Virus record (IMG/VR): IMGVR_UViG_3300036715_000626
Span: 124,001 to 188,000 of that record
Reading direction: 5' to 3' (one strand)
Length of the DNA: 64,000 nt
Made by a program: the position numbers and the translations under genes. Below, in pieces: positions 1 through 10,420 of the stretch; positions within the stretch are counted from its first letter, which is position 1, and the number at the start of each line of letters is the position of its first letter. The notes beneath the pieces were generated by a model. The model saw nothing but the letters and a program-made list of their open reading frames with translations, was not told where the DNA came from and did not search any database.

Positions 1-1035
1 AGAAGTTGGGCAAGTGAATTTGGTAAACCTAATTTACAATACTGGCATGTACTTGAAAAACTTATTCTAGAGATGAAAGAAAAAGATATAACTTATGAAA
101 TAGTTAAAGTCTTAGGCCATTCAACATCGTTAGGAAATATTCTAGCAGACCGTTTAGCATTATTAGGACGTACTGAATCAACGCGTTTAAACGCAGATAT
201 CTCTATAATGGTTACTCCTGCTAAGAACTACTGGACTGCTAAAGTTGATAGACATCCGTTCCTAAGTTTTAAACAATTGTTCTTTACTAACACATTACGA
301 GAATCTAACACTGAAAACTTGTATGCTGTGATGAACTACAAACGTGATGTAGAACCTGGTAAGAAATCACACGAAGCTTGTTTTGGACTAGTACTCTTAC
401 AAGAACAACAAACCTACATTGAAAGTGTTATTGACGTATATCAAAAGCATCTTAAGACATTATCGATAATTTATACAGCAAATCTAAATGATATTTATTC
501 ACAATATGCTATCTTGTATAATAGTTTGTTTGGAGATAAAATATATAATTATAACCGTAAGAGAGGAATTCTGAGTGTATTGGAAAGACTTGAATTAGTA
601 TATGACGTAAGACCTACTGGATTAGCTAACCAAGCTATCGACAAGATAATGGGGCTCTACACAATTATTCGTGAATATCGATCAACTGATAAGGTTCATG
701 CTAATCGTCTCTTTATAGACGTCACAGATAGCTTCTACGGTGTAGATGAGAAAGGTAAACCAGTTACTGTTATTAAAAACGGTATTAACTCTGTTAACCT
801 TGAAGTAAACGCTTTCGATACAGATTTGTTTATTCCGATTGAATTAGGAAAAGATACTTTAGAACGTAATGTATTTAAACGTATTGAAAAAGAAAATACT
901 AAAGTTACTTTAGTGGTCACTAAGATATCTCCGACATTTATCGATTACTATCTTGTAGTTGAAATGGTTAACACTGGAGATATTTCAGTATGGTGTAATT
1001 TCTATAATAATAACATACTTTTACCAAAAAAATAA
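1..1035 (+). CDS. Hypothetical phage protein, 5'-truncated by the window edge
   Basis: Frame 1 is open from base 1 (RSWASEFGKPNLQYWHVLEKLILE) straight into the listed ATG at 73; no family recognised. Confidence 0.75.
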   Translation, partial: RSWASEFGKPNLQYWHVLEKLILEMKEKDITYEIVKVLGHSTSLGNILADRLALLGRTESTRLNADISIMVTPAKNYWTAKVDRHPFLSFKQLFFTNTLRESNTENLYAVMNYKRDVEPGKKSHEACFGLVLLQEQQTYIESVIDVYQKHLKTLSIIYTANLNDIYSQYAILYNSLFGDKIYNYNRKRGILSVLERLELVYDVRPTGLANQAIDKIMGLYTIIREYRSTDKVHANRLFIDVTDSFYGVDEKGKPVTVIKNGINSVNLEVNAFDTDLFIPIELGKDTLERNVFKRIEKENTKVTLVVTKISPTFIDYYLVVEMVNTGDISVWCNFYNNNILLPKK

Positions 1036-1039
1036 CCGA

Positions 1040-1073
1040 TAACTACTACCTAGGTAATCCTAGGTAGTAGTTA
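1040..1073. terminator. Palindromic hairpin (15-bp stem, 4-nt loop)
   Basis: TAACTACTACCTAGG-TAAT-CCTAGGTAGTAGTTA between convergent genes. Confidence 0.75.
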
Positions 1074-1214
1074 CTTAATGAAACTGTGTATGCTGTGTAT
1101 AAAACTAGCAGCATAGTATGTACCTGTCGCTAAAGTCGCGACTCCTAATACTGTGGCTAGAATTTCTTCTAGAACAGTATTCCAATTCCCGGTAACGATA
1201 TTTTTAACATTCAT
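1071..1214 (-). CDS. 47-aa small hydrophobic protein (not in ORF track)
   Basis: Manual translation MNVKNIVTGNWNTVLEEILATVLGVATLATGTYYAASFIHSIHSFIK; AGGAG SD 7 nt upstream; TATATTAT motif at 1248-1255. Confidence 0.65.
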   Translation of the reverse strand: MNVKNIVTGNWNTVLEEILATVLGVATLATGTYYAASFIHSIHSFIK

Positions 1215-1247
1215 AATAGACTCCTCGGTCTGGTATTAATTAACTAT

Positions 1248-1255
1248 ATAATATA
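1248..1255 (-). promoter_or_regulatory. Putative early (vRNAP) promoter TATATTAT
   Basis: About 34 nt upstream of ATG 1214; recurring motif resembling the phiKZ early consensus TATATTAC. Confidence 0.55.
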
Positions 1256-1311
1256 GCTTTATATTTTAATGGAAATGATGTTACACTATGGACGCATATG
1301 CATCCATAGTG

Positions 1312-2190
1312 TTATTTATCGGCTAACTTCTCTACGAGAGTAATAGAATGTTTAAACGTATCTAAACACTGATTGTATACATAGATCATTGTGATAGCAC
1401 TTGTGATTGCTTTAGCGGAGTTCTCTAGCATACCACCAAGATGTTCTAACACGTTACGAGAAATATTCATATCTTTATTATCATTAAGATACTTGTAAAG
1501 AGTGTTAACTCGTTCTGAAATAACTTTGGAAAGAGTTTTAATCTCTTCCATGCGTTTAAGCGTCGCGGTACCGTTTAGTTTAATAATAGTGTCATAACAC
1601 GTATCATAACTATTGATAGACGGAATAACGTTACCTAAGTTAGCTCTATCCTTAACACCGTTCTCATCGATGATTTCTGCGATAAGACCATATAATTTTG
1701 AAGAGATTTCAAAATCGTTTTTATCGCGGAATGGTTTAGTTTGTGTACGGAAATCTTTATTAGTAAGAACTTTTGAAACAGTATCGTCAGTTTCTTTAAG
1801 TATAGCGATAAGTTCCTTATCGATAATATCAAATCCACGCGATACACGATCAAGACTGTCCGGTAATGAAAGTTTCATACCTAACAAGACAGGTACTTGT
1901 ATTTTTTCAACATCAACAAGTTTAACGTTTTGTTTAATCTTATCAATACTCTGACGCATATCAAAGAGTTCTTTACCGCTGCGAGTAAGTTGTTGATCGT
2001 TCATACCCATAAGACGATTGATGGAGTTTACAAATGTTTCAGAGATAGCTTTGAGTTGTGATGTAAAGAACGAAGCAATCTGTGAAATGAATACTCCAAA
2101 TTCCTCGTTACTAGGGTTATATTTAGCCCGTTCGTACATATTAGGAATACCTAAAAGTGCTTGAGTGTTAACTAATTTTAAATTTTCCAT
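1312..2190 (-). CDS. Probable virion head protein (phiKZ gp153-like position)
   Basis: Helical 292-aa protein divergent from uvsX as in phiKZ; S-N-E motif (PSNEEF) resembles a prohead-protease site. Synteny from memory. Confidence 0.45.
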   Translation of the reverse strand: MENLKLVNTQALLGIPNMYERAKYNPSNEEFGVFISQIASFFTSQLKAISETFVNSINRLMGMNDQQLTRSGKELFDMRQSIDKIKQNVKLVDVEKIQVPVLLGMKLSLPDSLDRVSRGFDIIDKELIAILKETDDTVSKVLTNKDFRTQTKPFRDKNDFEISSKLYGLIAEIIDENGVKDRANLGNVIPSINSYDTCYDTIIKLNGTATLKRMEEIKTLSKVISERVNTLYKYLNDNKDMNISRNVLEHLGGMLENSAKAITSAITMIYVYNQCLDTFKHSITLVEKLADK

Positions 2191-2277
2191 AGAAGTAACC
2201 TTTTTTGGTGTAATATCAATTAAAAAAGAAATTTAATGCCGTATATTTAAATAGGATATAAACGTTAAGGATAAAAT

Positions 2278-3717
2278 ATGTTAGATTTTGGAATATCGAA
2301 TAAAACTATGCCTAAATACCTTCTTAATATAGGAGCTGGTTTAGACATACCAACTGGTGATATTATAATTGGGAATAAAGGCGAAACTATTATTAACGGT
2401 GGTCATAGTCAACTAGTAGCGATAGCTGGTAACGGAAATAACTATAAGAGTAGTATTCTACACTATATGAATCTTTCAGCGGTATCAAGAGTGATGGAAG
2501 CACATGAAACACGCATGACCTCATACGATACTGAAGTTAACGTTTCGCTTACACGTCTGGAACATCTAGCTAAAAACTTTGAAAATCTTCCAGAAAATAT
2601 TATTACAGAAAGTCCTATTTGGAGTGTTACCGATAAAGCGATGATGGATGCTGAAGATTGGGCTAACATGTTTTTCAAATACGCAGAAGACAAACAGAAA
2701 GATAAAGCTAGTATGATACTTTGCGAGCCGTTCTTAGATCCTTATACTAAAGGACCTTTACATATGTTATTACCTACATTCGCCGAAATCGATTCACTAA
2801 GTGAATTTGAATCTTCAGCTACCGGTGATGTCATTACTAAAGATATTGATAGTTCAGATACCAATACGGCTGCTATGAAACAAGGTTTGTTTAAAATGAA
2901 GTTTATGGCTCAGTTACCACGACTTGCTAATGCTGCTAATATATATCTTTCATTCACAGCCCAGAGTGGTGAAAAAGTAAATATTGCTACAGGGCCTGCT
3001 GTTTATAATCAACCAGCTAAGAAACTTCAGTATATGAAACAAACTGATAACCTTAAAGGCGTTAGTAGTAAGTTCTATTTCTTAATTACTAACTTATGGT
3101 TTGCACATCCAGCGACACCTCTTAAGAATCAAACTACAAAACAACCAGAGTATCCACTTGGTAGTGATGTTGAGTCTACAGAGAACGAACTTAACATCGT
3201 TAAGATGACGACGGTTAGAAATAAGACAGGTCAGAGTGGTACAACACTTGAACTTGTTGTTTCACAAACTAACGGTGTACAACCATCATTAACAGAGTTC
3301 CACAATATCAAAGAGAATGGCCGTTACGGTATTTCTGGTTCTAACTTAAGTTATGCTTTGGATTTATTACCAGAAGTCAATCTATCACGAACAACAGTTC
3401 GTAAAAAGATCGATAGCAACCATATTTTAAGACGAGCTATTAATATTACATTAGAACTTATGCAAGCACATATTTATCTTTGGAAACTTGGTGATAGTGG
3501 TTTACTCTGCACTCCTAAAGAACTCTATGACGATATTAAAAAATTAGGATATGATTGGAATATCCTTTTGAATACTCGTGGGTACTGGACGTTCAACCAG
3601 TATACTAACAAGAAACCATTCTTAAGTACTATTGATTTGCTTAAGATGCGTAAAGAAAAATACTTCCCATACTTCTTAAACGAAGATAAAACATTAAAAG
3701 ATTATTATAAGGAATGA
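2278..3717 (+). CDS. uvsX: UvsX/RecA-like recombinase (phiKZ gp152-like)
   Basis: Divergent Walker A AGNGNNYKS, Walker B FAEIDSLS; lies three genes from the gp149-like vRNAP subunit. Confidence 0.8.
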   Translation: MLDFGISNKTMPKYLLNIGAGLDIPTGDIIIGNKGETIINGGHSQLVAIAGNGNNYKSSILHYMNLSAVSRVMEAHETRMTSYDTEVNVSLTRLEHLAKNFENLPENIITESPIWSVTDKAMMDAEDWANMFFKYAEDKQKDKASMILCEPFLDPYTKGPLHMLLPTFAEIDSLSEFESSATGDVITKDIDSSDTNTAAMKQGLFKMKFMAQLPRLANAANIYLSFTAQSGEKVNIATGPAVYNQPAKKLQYMKQTDNLKGVSSKFYFLITNLWFAHPATPLKNQTTKQPEYPLGSDVESTENELNIVKMTTVRNKTGQSGTTLELVVSQTNGVQPSLTEFHNIKENGRYGISGSNLSYALDLLPEVNLSRTTVRKKIDSNHILRRAINITLELMQAHIYLWKLGDSGLLCTPKELYDDIKKLGYDWNILLNTRGYWTFNQYTNKKPFLSTIDLLKMRKEKYFPYFLNEDKTLKDYYKE

Positions 3718-3992
3718 TTATGTCGACCATAACATTGGTGGAACCAGATAAAAAAGATAACGTATTTACAGTACACGCTGTCTCTACCGCAGGTGAGTTG
3801 TTCACACATACATCTGAAGCTAGTACTAAGACAGAAGCTATTGCTGACTTGTTATCAGAAGTTGATAAGAAAGGATGGGGGGATCAAGGCTTTATGGTTA
3901 CAGAAGTCATACCATCGCGTGTAGTGCAAGAATTTACATACAAATACGAACGAGATCCATTACTTGAAAATATGATATCCGGAGACAAATAA
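3714..3992 (+). CDS. Hypothetical protein
   Basis: 92-aa ORF overlapping the uvsX stop (ATGA); operon context. Confidence 0.7.
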   Translation: MIMSTITLVEPDKKDNVFTVHAVSTAGELFTHTSEASTKTEAIADLLSEVDKKGWGDQGFMVTEVIPSRVVQEFTYKYERDPLLENMISGDK

Positions 3993-3993
3993 A

Positions 3994-4377
3994 ATGCAAC
4001 AATCTCAACCTGAACAAACCAAACCATTATTGGATCCTAAAGCAGTAGCTCGTATACGTGCCCCTAAAGAAGAAGATCACATTAACCTGGTAGAACAAAT
4101 CGGACTACTATTACGCTTCGCCATTAGTCCTAGTGCTGAAAAGGCGTTTTTAGAAACACCCATGGTGAAAGATGTGTATAATAATAACAATGCATATCAG
4201 CGTGTTATTCTTAATAGATACTTCGCAACTACAATGTACCGTTTCCGTGCAAATAACCCTGTTAATATTACAGGCGCTATTCCATTATTATTTAACGATG
4301 GGTTTACAGAAGACTGGTTGTCAATAATGAAAGATTACGTTATTCCGTTCATTAAGAATAACAAGATCATGTGTTAA
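3994..4377 (+). CDS. Hypothetical core-region protein
   Basis: 127-aa ORF tightly coupled in the uvsX-vRNAP operon. Confidence 0.7.
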   Translation: MQQSQPEQTKPLLDPKAVARIRAPKEEDHINLVEQIGLLLRFAISPSAEKAFLETPMVKDVYNNNNAYQRVILNRYFATTMYRFRANNPVNITGAIPLLFNDGFTEDWLSIMKDYVIPFIKNNKIMC

Positions 4378-4409
4378 TCGTATTTTCTGATATAAATTAA
4401 GGATTAACC

Positions 4410-5231
4410 ATGATTAGTGATACTCTAGATAAAAGACAAGCTGTGCTTGGTAAGAGCTTATTCGATAAGACAGTCACAAAGATTACTGTCAATATCAATA
4501 TTGTAAGTACATTACCACTGATGATAATGGAAGATGCTTTGTTAGATCGTAATGTTATCGATCTAACACCTATTCCTGCTGTTTCTGATTTACCATCGGT
4601 TAAGAATATTCTTATGGATCCTACCTATACAGAAAACGATATAGCGGTAGATCGTTTTATTCATATTACAACGGTTACTAACCCGCATACCTATTTTAAA
4701 TACGGATTGTGGTACGATAAACAATTTAAAGATATCATTGTGCTTCCAGGTACCGAGACTATCATATTTGACGATGATACGTTATCAAGTAGCGTTCTTG
4801 GAATAACAGGGTATCGCGTTGGTAGCGGTCTCGCAGTACCTGTTATTCCGGATGAAATGGTCATCGGTATGAATCTACAGCATAAATATGATTTACCAGT
4901 CGCTAAACAGAACATTGCTTCCACTATGTGGTTGGGCGATTTCCACGGACTGAACCCTATTCATAATCTTATCAATAACTTTAGCTATAGTGAAGTTTTT
5001 CAAGAAAAAAATGGTAAACAATTCAATATTGGTTTTTTAAGAGCTCGCTCTGAACCAGTTATTATGTTGGATCTTGGTCTAGCCGATAACTTATTCGAGA
5101 ATTTTGATAACGCTGTTAACAAATTACCACTCTATATGGTTTACCAACAAGGCATAACTCGCTATTCGTTTTCATACCTGGGTAATGTTAAACCAAAAAA
5201 TTATCGTGTTTGTATTTGTTTACAATTTTAG
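4410..5231 (+). CDS. Hypothetical protein
   Basis: 273-aa ORF with AAGGA SD; no family recognised. Confidence 0.7.
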   Translation: MISDTLDKRQAVLGKSLFDKTVTKITVNINIVSTLPLMIMEDALLDRNVIDLTPIPAVSDLPSVKNILMDPTYTENDIAVDRFIHITTVTNPHTYFKYGLWYDKQFKDIIVLPGTETIIFDDDTLSSSVLGITGYRVGSGLAVPVIPDEMVIGMNLQHKYDLPVAKQNIASTMWLGDFHGLNPIHNLINNFSYSEVFQEKNGKQFNIGFLRARSEPVIMLDLGLADNLFENFDNAVNKLPLYMVYQQGITRYSFSYLGNVKPKNYRVCICLQF

Positions 5232-5270
5232 TAACGTTGGTTGTACCAACGTTACAGGGAGATTTTGACT

Positions 5271-5939
5271 ATGAAAAATAGAAAAAAAGCAGAAGAGTTT
5301 ATCTTATCATATATCGATAAAATAGATCTTGGTGAAAAACGTAATACTAAACTTTACAAAGATTTGTTTAAAGGTATGTCTGATAATGAATTTGAAAACT
5401 TCATGTCCGGATTGCGTAATAAGACAATCACTTTAAGTATGATAGTACCTAACGGTGGTGATGTTAAAATCACTGTGGAAAATAATTTTAAGATAGCTAA
5501 AGAATTAGGACATGAGTTCTTTCAGAATATTCGCATTACTGGCCAAGTAGATTTACCTGATTTCATAACCCCTATTAAACATCTTACCTACATTCTTCCT
5601 ATTAGAAGAGCAGCGCAGTTACTCAGTAAGAAGATATCTATACCAGAGTCTGATAAATCAATTGATATGTTAACAGGTCAAGTTACTAATAAGTCTAAGT
5701 CTAGCAAGATAACTATGCCCGAGATACAAATGTTGATTGGTATGGGACTTAAAGATAGTGTGCGTGAGTTACTTAAAATTCGCGGCGGTGATATTCAAGC
5801 CAATAACGCTATGAATATGATGTTGTATAAACAAGGCTCGGCCTCACAAGCAGCTATTGAACCATACAGTTCAGGTGTGGAAAGTACGAAAACATTAAAG
5901 GCTTATCTTAACGCAAGCCATATTAAATCAACATTATAA
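5271..5939 (+). CDS. Virion RNA polymerase beta-subunit C-terminal fragment (phiKZ gp149-like)
   Basis: Motifs LPIRRAAQLLSKKISIP, IDMLTGQV, KITMPE and ELLKIRGGD; the likely start is ATG 5271 behind GGGAG rather than TTG 5241. Confidence 0.8.
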   Translation: MKNRKKAEEFILSYIDKIDLGEKRNTKLYKDLFKGMSDNEFENFMSGLRNKTITLSMIVPNGGDVKITVENNFKIAKELGHEFFQNIRITGQVDLPDFITPIKHLTYILPIRRAAQLLSKKISIPESDKSIDMLTGQVTNKSKSSKITMPEIQMLIGMGLKDSVRELLKIRGGDIQANNAMNMMLYKQGSASQAAIEPYSSGVESTKTLKAYLNASHIKSTL

Positions 5940-5974
5940 AGTAACACTACTACCCACTGGGTAGTAGTGTTACT
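5940..5974. terminator. Palindromic hairpin (17-bp arms, 1-nt spacer)
   Basis: AGTAACACTACTACCCA-C-TGGGTAGTAGTGTTACT between convergent genes. Confidence 0.75.
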
Positions 5975-5979
5975 GTTTG

Positions 5980-8205
5980 TTACACTGTATACTTACTAAT
6001 GTAAGGACCTTTCTGATATATAGCTAATGCTTCTTGTGGTGTTGGAAATGATGCATAATATTCAATACTATTTATTCCAACATTAGCAGCGTAATCAGGA
6101 CTAAACGCGACAAAACCGCCTGCTTGTATAGCGTTAGGTGATGCGTATGACGCAGATCCTAATAACAAAGTAACTGTTCCTAATAACACACCGTTAAGGT
6201 AACAAGTCGCGATATTATTAGTTTTATCTATTACGATAATAATGTTTAAAAAATTAGATATTTCGGTATTACCATACCCTGGTAACATATAATCTCTAAG
6301 ATCTAAAGTATTATCAAATTCAGTACTAACGTTAGCTATGGTTACTCGTCCAGTTGCAGTAGTATTTATACTTAAAAACCATGAATACTCACTACTGCCA
6401 GCAGTATTAAGTGCGTAATATTCGCCTACGATAAAATGATATTTTCCGGGAGTTAGATCTGTTAAACAAACCCACGTGCTAAGTGTATAGGTATCACTTT
6501 TATTATGTCCCGTAAAATCCATTCTTGGTAAAAAATATTGATTATACCCATTTATCACACCATATTTAGCATTTTGCAAATATGTATACGTAGGCGCTGT
6601 TGTTGCCAGGGTGGAATAACTACTCTCTAATATATCCTTATAATATGTGTTATCGTTAGTAATATTTTTAAACGTAGAATCCAGTAATAAACCTTGAGAT
6701 GCTTCATTCGGAGCACCGGTCACTGGGTCTATACCGCCAATAATATAACAAAAACCTAAATTACTATGTATTTGGTTAAAACTCCTCACAGCTATACCAG
6801 CATATTTTATTTTATGTACTTTATAACTAATATCGATAGGTGTTTCTCTAGAAGTACCAGTTAACATTCCAGAAGGATCTATTTCAAAAAATTCAATAGG
6901 TAGTAACGTATTGTTAAGCCCGCCTCCTATGATGGCTACCATATCACCAGTAGCAACTAGACCAGCTCCTTCACGGATATGGTTAGTAAACACACCTGAA
7001 TCTACAAAATCACTAGGTATACCATTTACTACGTTTGATACTAGTATTTTAATAGTAGGCGTATCGTTTATAATAGGATTAAACAAATACACATACCCGG
7101 TACCACTATATGCTTCAAGTTTATTGGTGGTAACTAATACCCTACCATCGCGATATGTAGTTTGTGCTGGGTACGCCGAAGTACTATGACTTGTAAAATC
7201 GCCTAGCACACCATTGTTATCAATAGGTGCTTTATACGCTAATCCAATATCCGAAATAACGTATATATGATTACCGACTGTAAAGGTAGTCGGGCGGTTC
7301 GTTAATCCAGATACTAGTTGTGTATCAGACATAGATAACTGCGGAGCTAATACGGTATCTTGTGTCCAACCAATTAAACTAGAATTAGTTACATCGATGT
7401 CGGTAAAATAAAGATTTGTGGTTTGACTTGAAATTCTCCAAGCACTAAGCCCAGAATCGTAAACTATAGTTATTCCTATTATATAGATACGATTCCTTGT
7501 TTCAAATACTGAAATAGGCATAACCATATCCCCACCATCTCTAGGTAAAAGACTATATGGAGTTAATGTAAAACTTTGATAGTCCGAAAGATCAAATATA
7601 CCAGGAGACGCTAATATTTCGGACGGGGTTCCGTCCGCTAGAAATCCACCTATACAATAATAGCGATCTTTAGTTCGTACTATAAAAGGATATTTAATAC
7701 CCATTTCTTGCCCTGTATATTGATACAAATCATTATTAACGGTATCGGGTACCCTAATTAAGTCATCTTTATCTGAAAATGATGGGGTTGATGGGTCAGT
7801 TAAATATTTATTTTGGTTATTAAGTTCAGTTAGATAATCTAAAGTTGGAGGTACTGTTGTGTCAAGTGGTTTATGTAAAGGAAACCCATCATATCCTTTA
7901 TGGACATTAGTTAAATTAGGATTAATGTAATCGTATAGTTCGTTGAAATATTGTCCAGTGTCACCTATGTTTGGATCATATGTATATGTTAAATACCGGA
8001 TCATAAGTTCAAAAGCTGCAGGTATAGTTCCGCCACCACCTGAACCACCACCACCTGAACCACCACCACCTGAACCACCACCACCTGAACCACCACCACC
8101 ACCATTGTTAATAGGGGGTACATAACTCGGGGCCTTCTTACTACATGGTCGATTTTTAGTATCGTAACTGTTAATATTCATGGTATATCCTTTAGAGTTT
8201 ATCAT
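5980..8205 (-). CDS. Tail/baseplate-associated adhesin-like protein: (GGGGS)n linker, kelch-like repeats, C-terminal LamG-like domain
   Basis: Repeated Y/C-I-I-G-G strands; C-terminal TLSTWV...IIIVID...CYLNG...SIEYY pattern is typical of Laminin_G_3 domains. Confidence 0.6.
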   Translation of the reverse strand: MINSKGYTMNINSYDTKNRPCSKKAPSYVPPINNGGGGGSGGGGSGGGGSGGGGSGGGGTIPAAFELMIRYLTYTYDPNIGDTGQYFNELYDYINPNLTNVHKGYDGFPLHKPLDTTVPPTLDYLTELNNQNKYLTDPSTPSFSDKDDLIRVPDTVNNDLYQYTGQEMGIKYPFIVRTKDRYYCIGGFLADGTPSEILASPGIFDLSDYQSFTLTPYSLLPRDGGDMVMPISVFETRNRIYIIGITIVYDSGLSAWRISSQTTNLYFTDIDVTNSSLIGWTQDTVLAPQLSMSDTQLVSGLTNRPTTFTVGNHIYVISDIGLAYKAPIDNNGVLGDFTSHSTSAYPAQTTYRDGRVLVTTNKLEAYSGTGYVYLFNPIINDTPTIKILVSNVVNGIPSDFVDSGVFTNHIREGAGLVATGDMVAIIGGGLNNTLLPIEFFEIDPSGMLTGTSRETPIDISYKVHKIKYAGIAVRSFNQIHSNLGFCYIIGGIDPVTGAPNEASQGLLLDSTFKNITNDNTYYKDILESSYSTLATTAPTYTYLQNAKYGVINGYNQYFLPRMDFTGHNKSDTYTLSTWVCLTDLTPGKYHFIVGEYYALNTAGSSEYSWFLSINTTATGRVTIANVSTEFDNTLDLRDYMLPGYGNTEISNFLNIIIVIDKTNNIATCYLNGVLLGTVTLLLGSASYASPNAIQAGGFVAFSPDYAANVGINSIEYYASFPTPQEALAIYQKGPYISKYTV
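8041..8100 (+). repeat. Four perfect 15-bp tandem repeats TGAACCACCACCACC encoding GGGGS on the minus strand
   Basis: Read directly from the sequence, with partial copies on both sides. Confidence 0.95.
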
Positions 8206-8211
8206 AAAAGA

Positions 8212-8243
8212 TACGACAGTATGGCTCGAGCCATACTGTCGTA
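8212..8243. terminator. Perfect 32-bp palindrome
   Basis: TACGACAGTATGGCTCGAGCCATACTGTCGTA. Confidence 0.7.
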
Positions 8244-8246
8244 GTC

Positions 8247-10397
8247 TTATAACACAATTGTATTTAAATCGCGAAGTACCTCGATAGTAAATACCGGTAA
8301 CATCTCTTCTACTTTTAAATCGGTAGATTGGTTAATTATTTCCATGTATCCAGAAACAGTATTTTCCATAGATGACATGAATGGTAGGTTGTTAGTATAA
8401 TAATTAGCTAGACTAAAGTCATAATTATTAGCTTCTAAATTTATCTTAGTATACTCAGGTTCTAAAGGATCTATTATAGAGGCTCCTGTAGTGGTTACAA
8501 GCCCTTTAGTGTTCTTAATGACAGATATACTTGTATATGGTACAAAAGTTGTTTTAGAGTTCTCTACGGCGTTCACAGCATGTACAGTATATGATGTTAA
8601 CTTCGTTATAATGTCAATATAGTTTTGGTTATTAGTTTCTATAGTATCATATGCATCAATGTTGATACCTGTCACAATTATAAACAAATCTTTAATAGCT
8701 AAAGAGATATCAAAATATTCAGTATCTTTTAATACGATACCATGTTTAGAAAGCACCGCATCTATAGTGGTAGGAGCCCCATTATTCTCAAAATTAATAA
8801 CATGTGTTTCAAATACTCTTGAAGCTGCTATCTTAATATTACTAGAGTTAAGAGCGTTCTCAGAATTTACATCAGTTATCCATACAAACTTATATAAGTT
8901 AGTGATATCATCAATGTGTGTTTTGAAAGTATCTTTATTATATAGCATACTATTATGTCTAACAGGAACCATATCGATAATATCAAAAGCTCTGTCTAGT
9001 ACATCATGTCCGTTAAACAGATTCGATACTAAATCAGGACCCGATAAAACAGTAGGATCTTTTAATATCTTACACGAAATATTAGTCAACATGCTAGATT
9101 CATTATTAGTAAGTTTTAGTAAAAACTTTAATAATAAATAGTATGCTTCTAATGGAGTAATGTTATAGCTAACTTTAGTATTAGGTTCAAGGTAGGTAAC
9201 CTTTTCCGTAAAACTGTTGTTATGTGCTAGGTATATCCAATTATCCATAATAGTTAAAATAATATCATCGCCGTAGAGTTTAAATAACTGCGGTATGTTA
9301 ATATCAATAACTTTAGTTTTTTGTTTAAACAACAAAGATTTATTAAGAGTATTATCAGCATAACGCGCTATGTTACTCAACTCATCAGGTGTTACTGGAA
9401 CATCTATGTTGTGAGCAGCCATCTCTAAATTAACAATAGTATAAATATCTAACTCACTATTAATATCAAATTGATAGGAGTTGTTTTTACCTTGACCGAT
9501 AAACAATGCACCGGTATCACTATACAATGAACTACTAGTATCTAGTATATCAGAATTGAGGCTAGGATCCTTCTTAAAAAGGATATGTTCTCCAACACCA
9601 ATTCCGTTAGCATCAAATACATTTAACAATAATGATTTAAACGCTTCTGTGCTACCGGTATGTTTCATTAAGTAGCGTAAGTTTTTATATAACCAAAACT
9701 TAGTAGATTCTTTAAAGCTAGCAATATTATCCCATAGATCCAAGTGACTTCTAAAGAAGTGTTCCATATGGAATGGGTGTACTTCTGCAGTGTTGATCTT
9801 ATGTAGACGAAGGTTAGCTATCTTATTAGGTATTGCCGCAAACAACACAGCCAATAAACTAGCTGCGTATAGTTCATCTGTTAAAACATAGTCTATGATA
9901 TCCCAACGTTTTAAATAGTTCTTAATATAAAGTTCTAGTTCTCTAATTAACGAGAACTCGTTCTTAAATACTAAATCACTATTATAGTTTAGAATTTTAC
10001 CTTCAGCAGCGTTAATCGCTACAGTCATATCTACCGGTAACATACATCCATTTATATAACTAAAGTCGTTAGGGTATAAACTAATAAGTTCTTTATAGTA
10101 ATTACCATATTTAAGAAGTTCTTTTCTGGTGTATGGATACTGGTCTAGAATCGTTTTAGTTAATAATACTTTAGTAGTATTTTCAATCAGGGTTATGTAT
10201 ATTTCACTACTATTAGTATGATGTTTTTGACCTGAGATATTAAGATAATATTTCCAAGTAGTTTTATCAGAAGAAATAGTTAAATCGTAGAGTCTTTCTA
10301 GACCAAAATTAATAGCTACTGCTGTGGTACTGTTTTTTATAACCAAGCTATTAGTGAGTAAGTGTATGTCATTCTTATATTGATCTACAGTATACAT
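8247..10397 (-). CDS. Virion structural protein (phiKZ gp128-like)
   Basis: 716 aa; TWKYYLNISG and FWLYKNLRYLMKHTG motifs; adjacent to the portal as in phiKZ-like phages. Confidence 0.65.
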   Translation of the reverse strand: MYTVDQYKNDIHLLTNSLVIKNSTTAVAINFGLERLYDLTISSDKTTWKYYLNISGQKHHTNSSEIYITLIENTTKVLLTKTILDQYPYTRKELLKYGNYYKELISLYPNDFSYINGCMLPVDMTVAINAAEGKILNYNSDLVFKNEFSLIRELELYIKNYLKRWDIIDYVLTDELYAASLLAVLFAAIPNKIANLRLHKINTAEVHPFHMEHFFRSHLDLWDNIASFKESTKFWLYKNLRYLMKHTGSTEAFKSLLLNVFDANGIGVGEHILFKKDPSLNSDILDTSSSLYSDTGALFIGQGKNNSYQFDINSELDIYTIVNLEMAAHNIDVPVTPDELSNIARYADNTLNKSLLFKQKTKVIDINIPQLFKLYGDDIILTIMDNWIYLAHNNSFTEKVTYLEPNTKVSYNITPLEAYYLLLKFLLKLTNNESSMLTNISCKILKDPTVLSGPDLVSNLFNGHDVLDRAFDIIDMVPVRHNSMLYNKDTFKTHIDDITNLYKFVWITDVNSENALNSSNIKIAASRVFETHVINFENNGAPTTIDAVLSKHGIVLKDTEYFDISLAIKDLFIIVTGINIDAYDTIETNNQNYIDIITKLTSYTVHAVNAVENSKTTFVPYTSISVIKNTKGLVTTTGASIIDPLEPEYTKINLEANNYDFSLANYYTNNLPFMSSMENTVSGYMEIINQSTDLKVEEMLPVFTIEVLRDLNTIVL

Positions 10398-10420
10398 GAT
10401 AATCCTTTAGGAGTTTTGAA

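Noticed and set aside
7943-8125. Plus-strand ORF with PPPPE repeats
   Set aside because: Reverse-complement of the GGGGS repeat in the real minus-strand gene.
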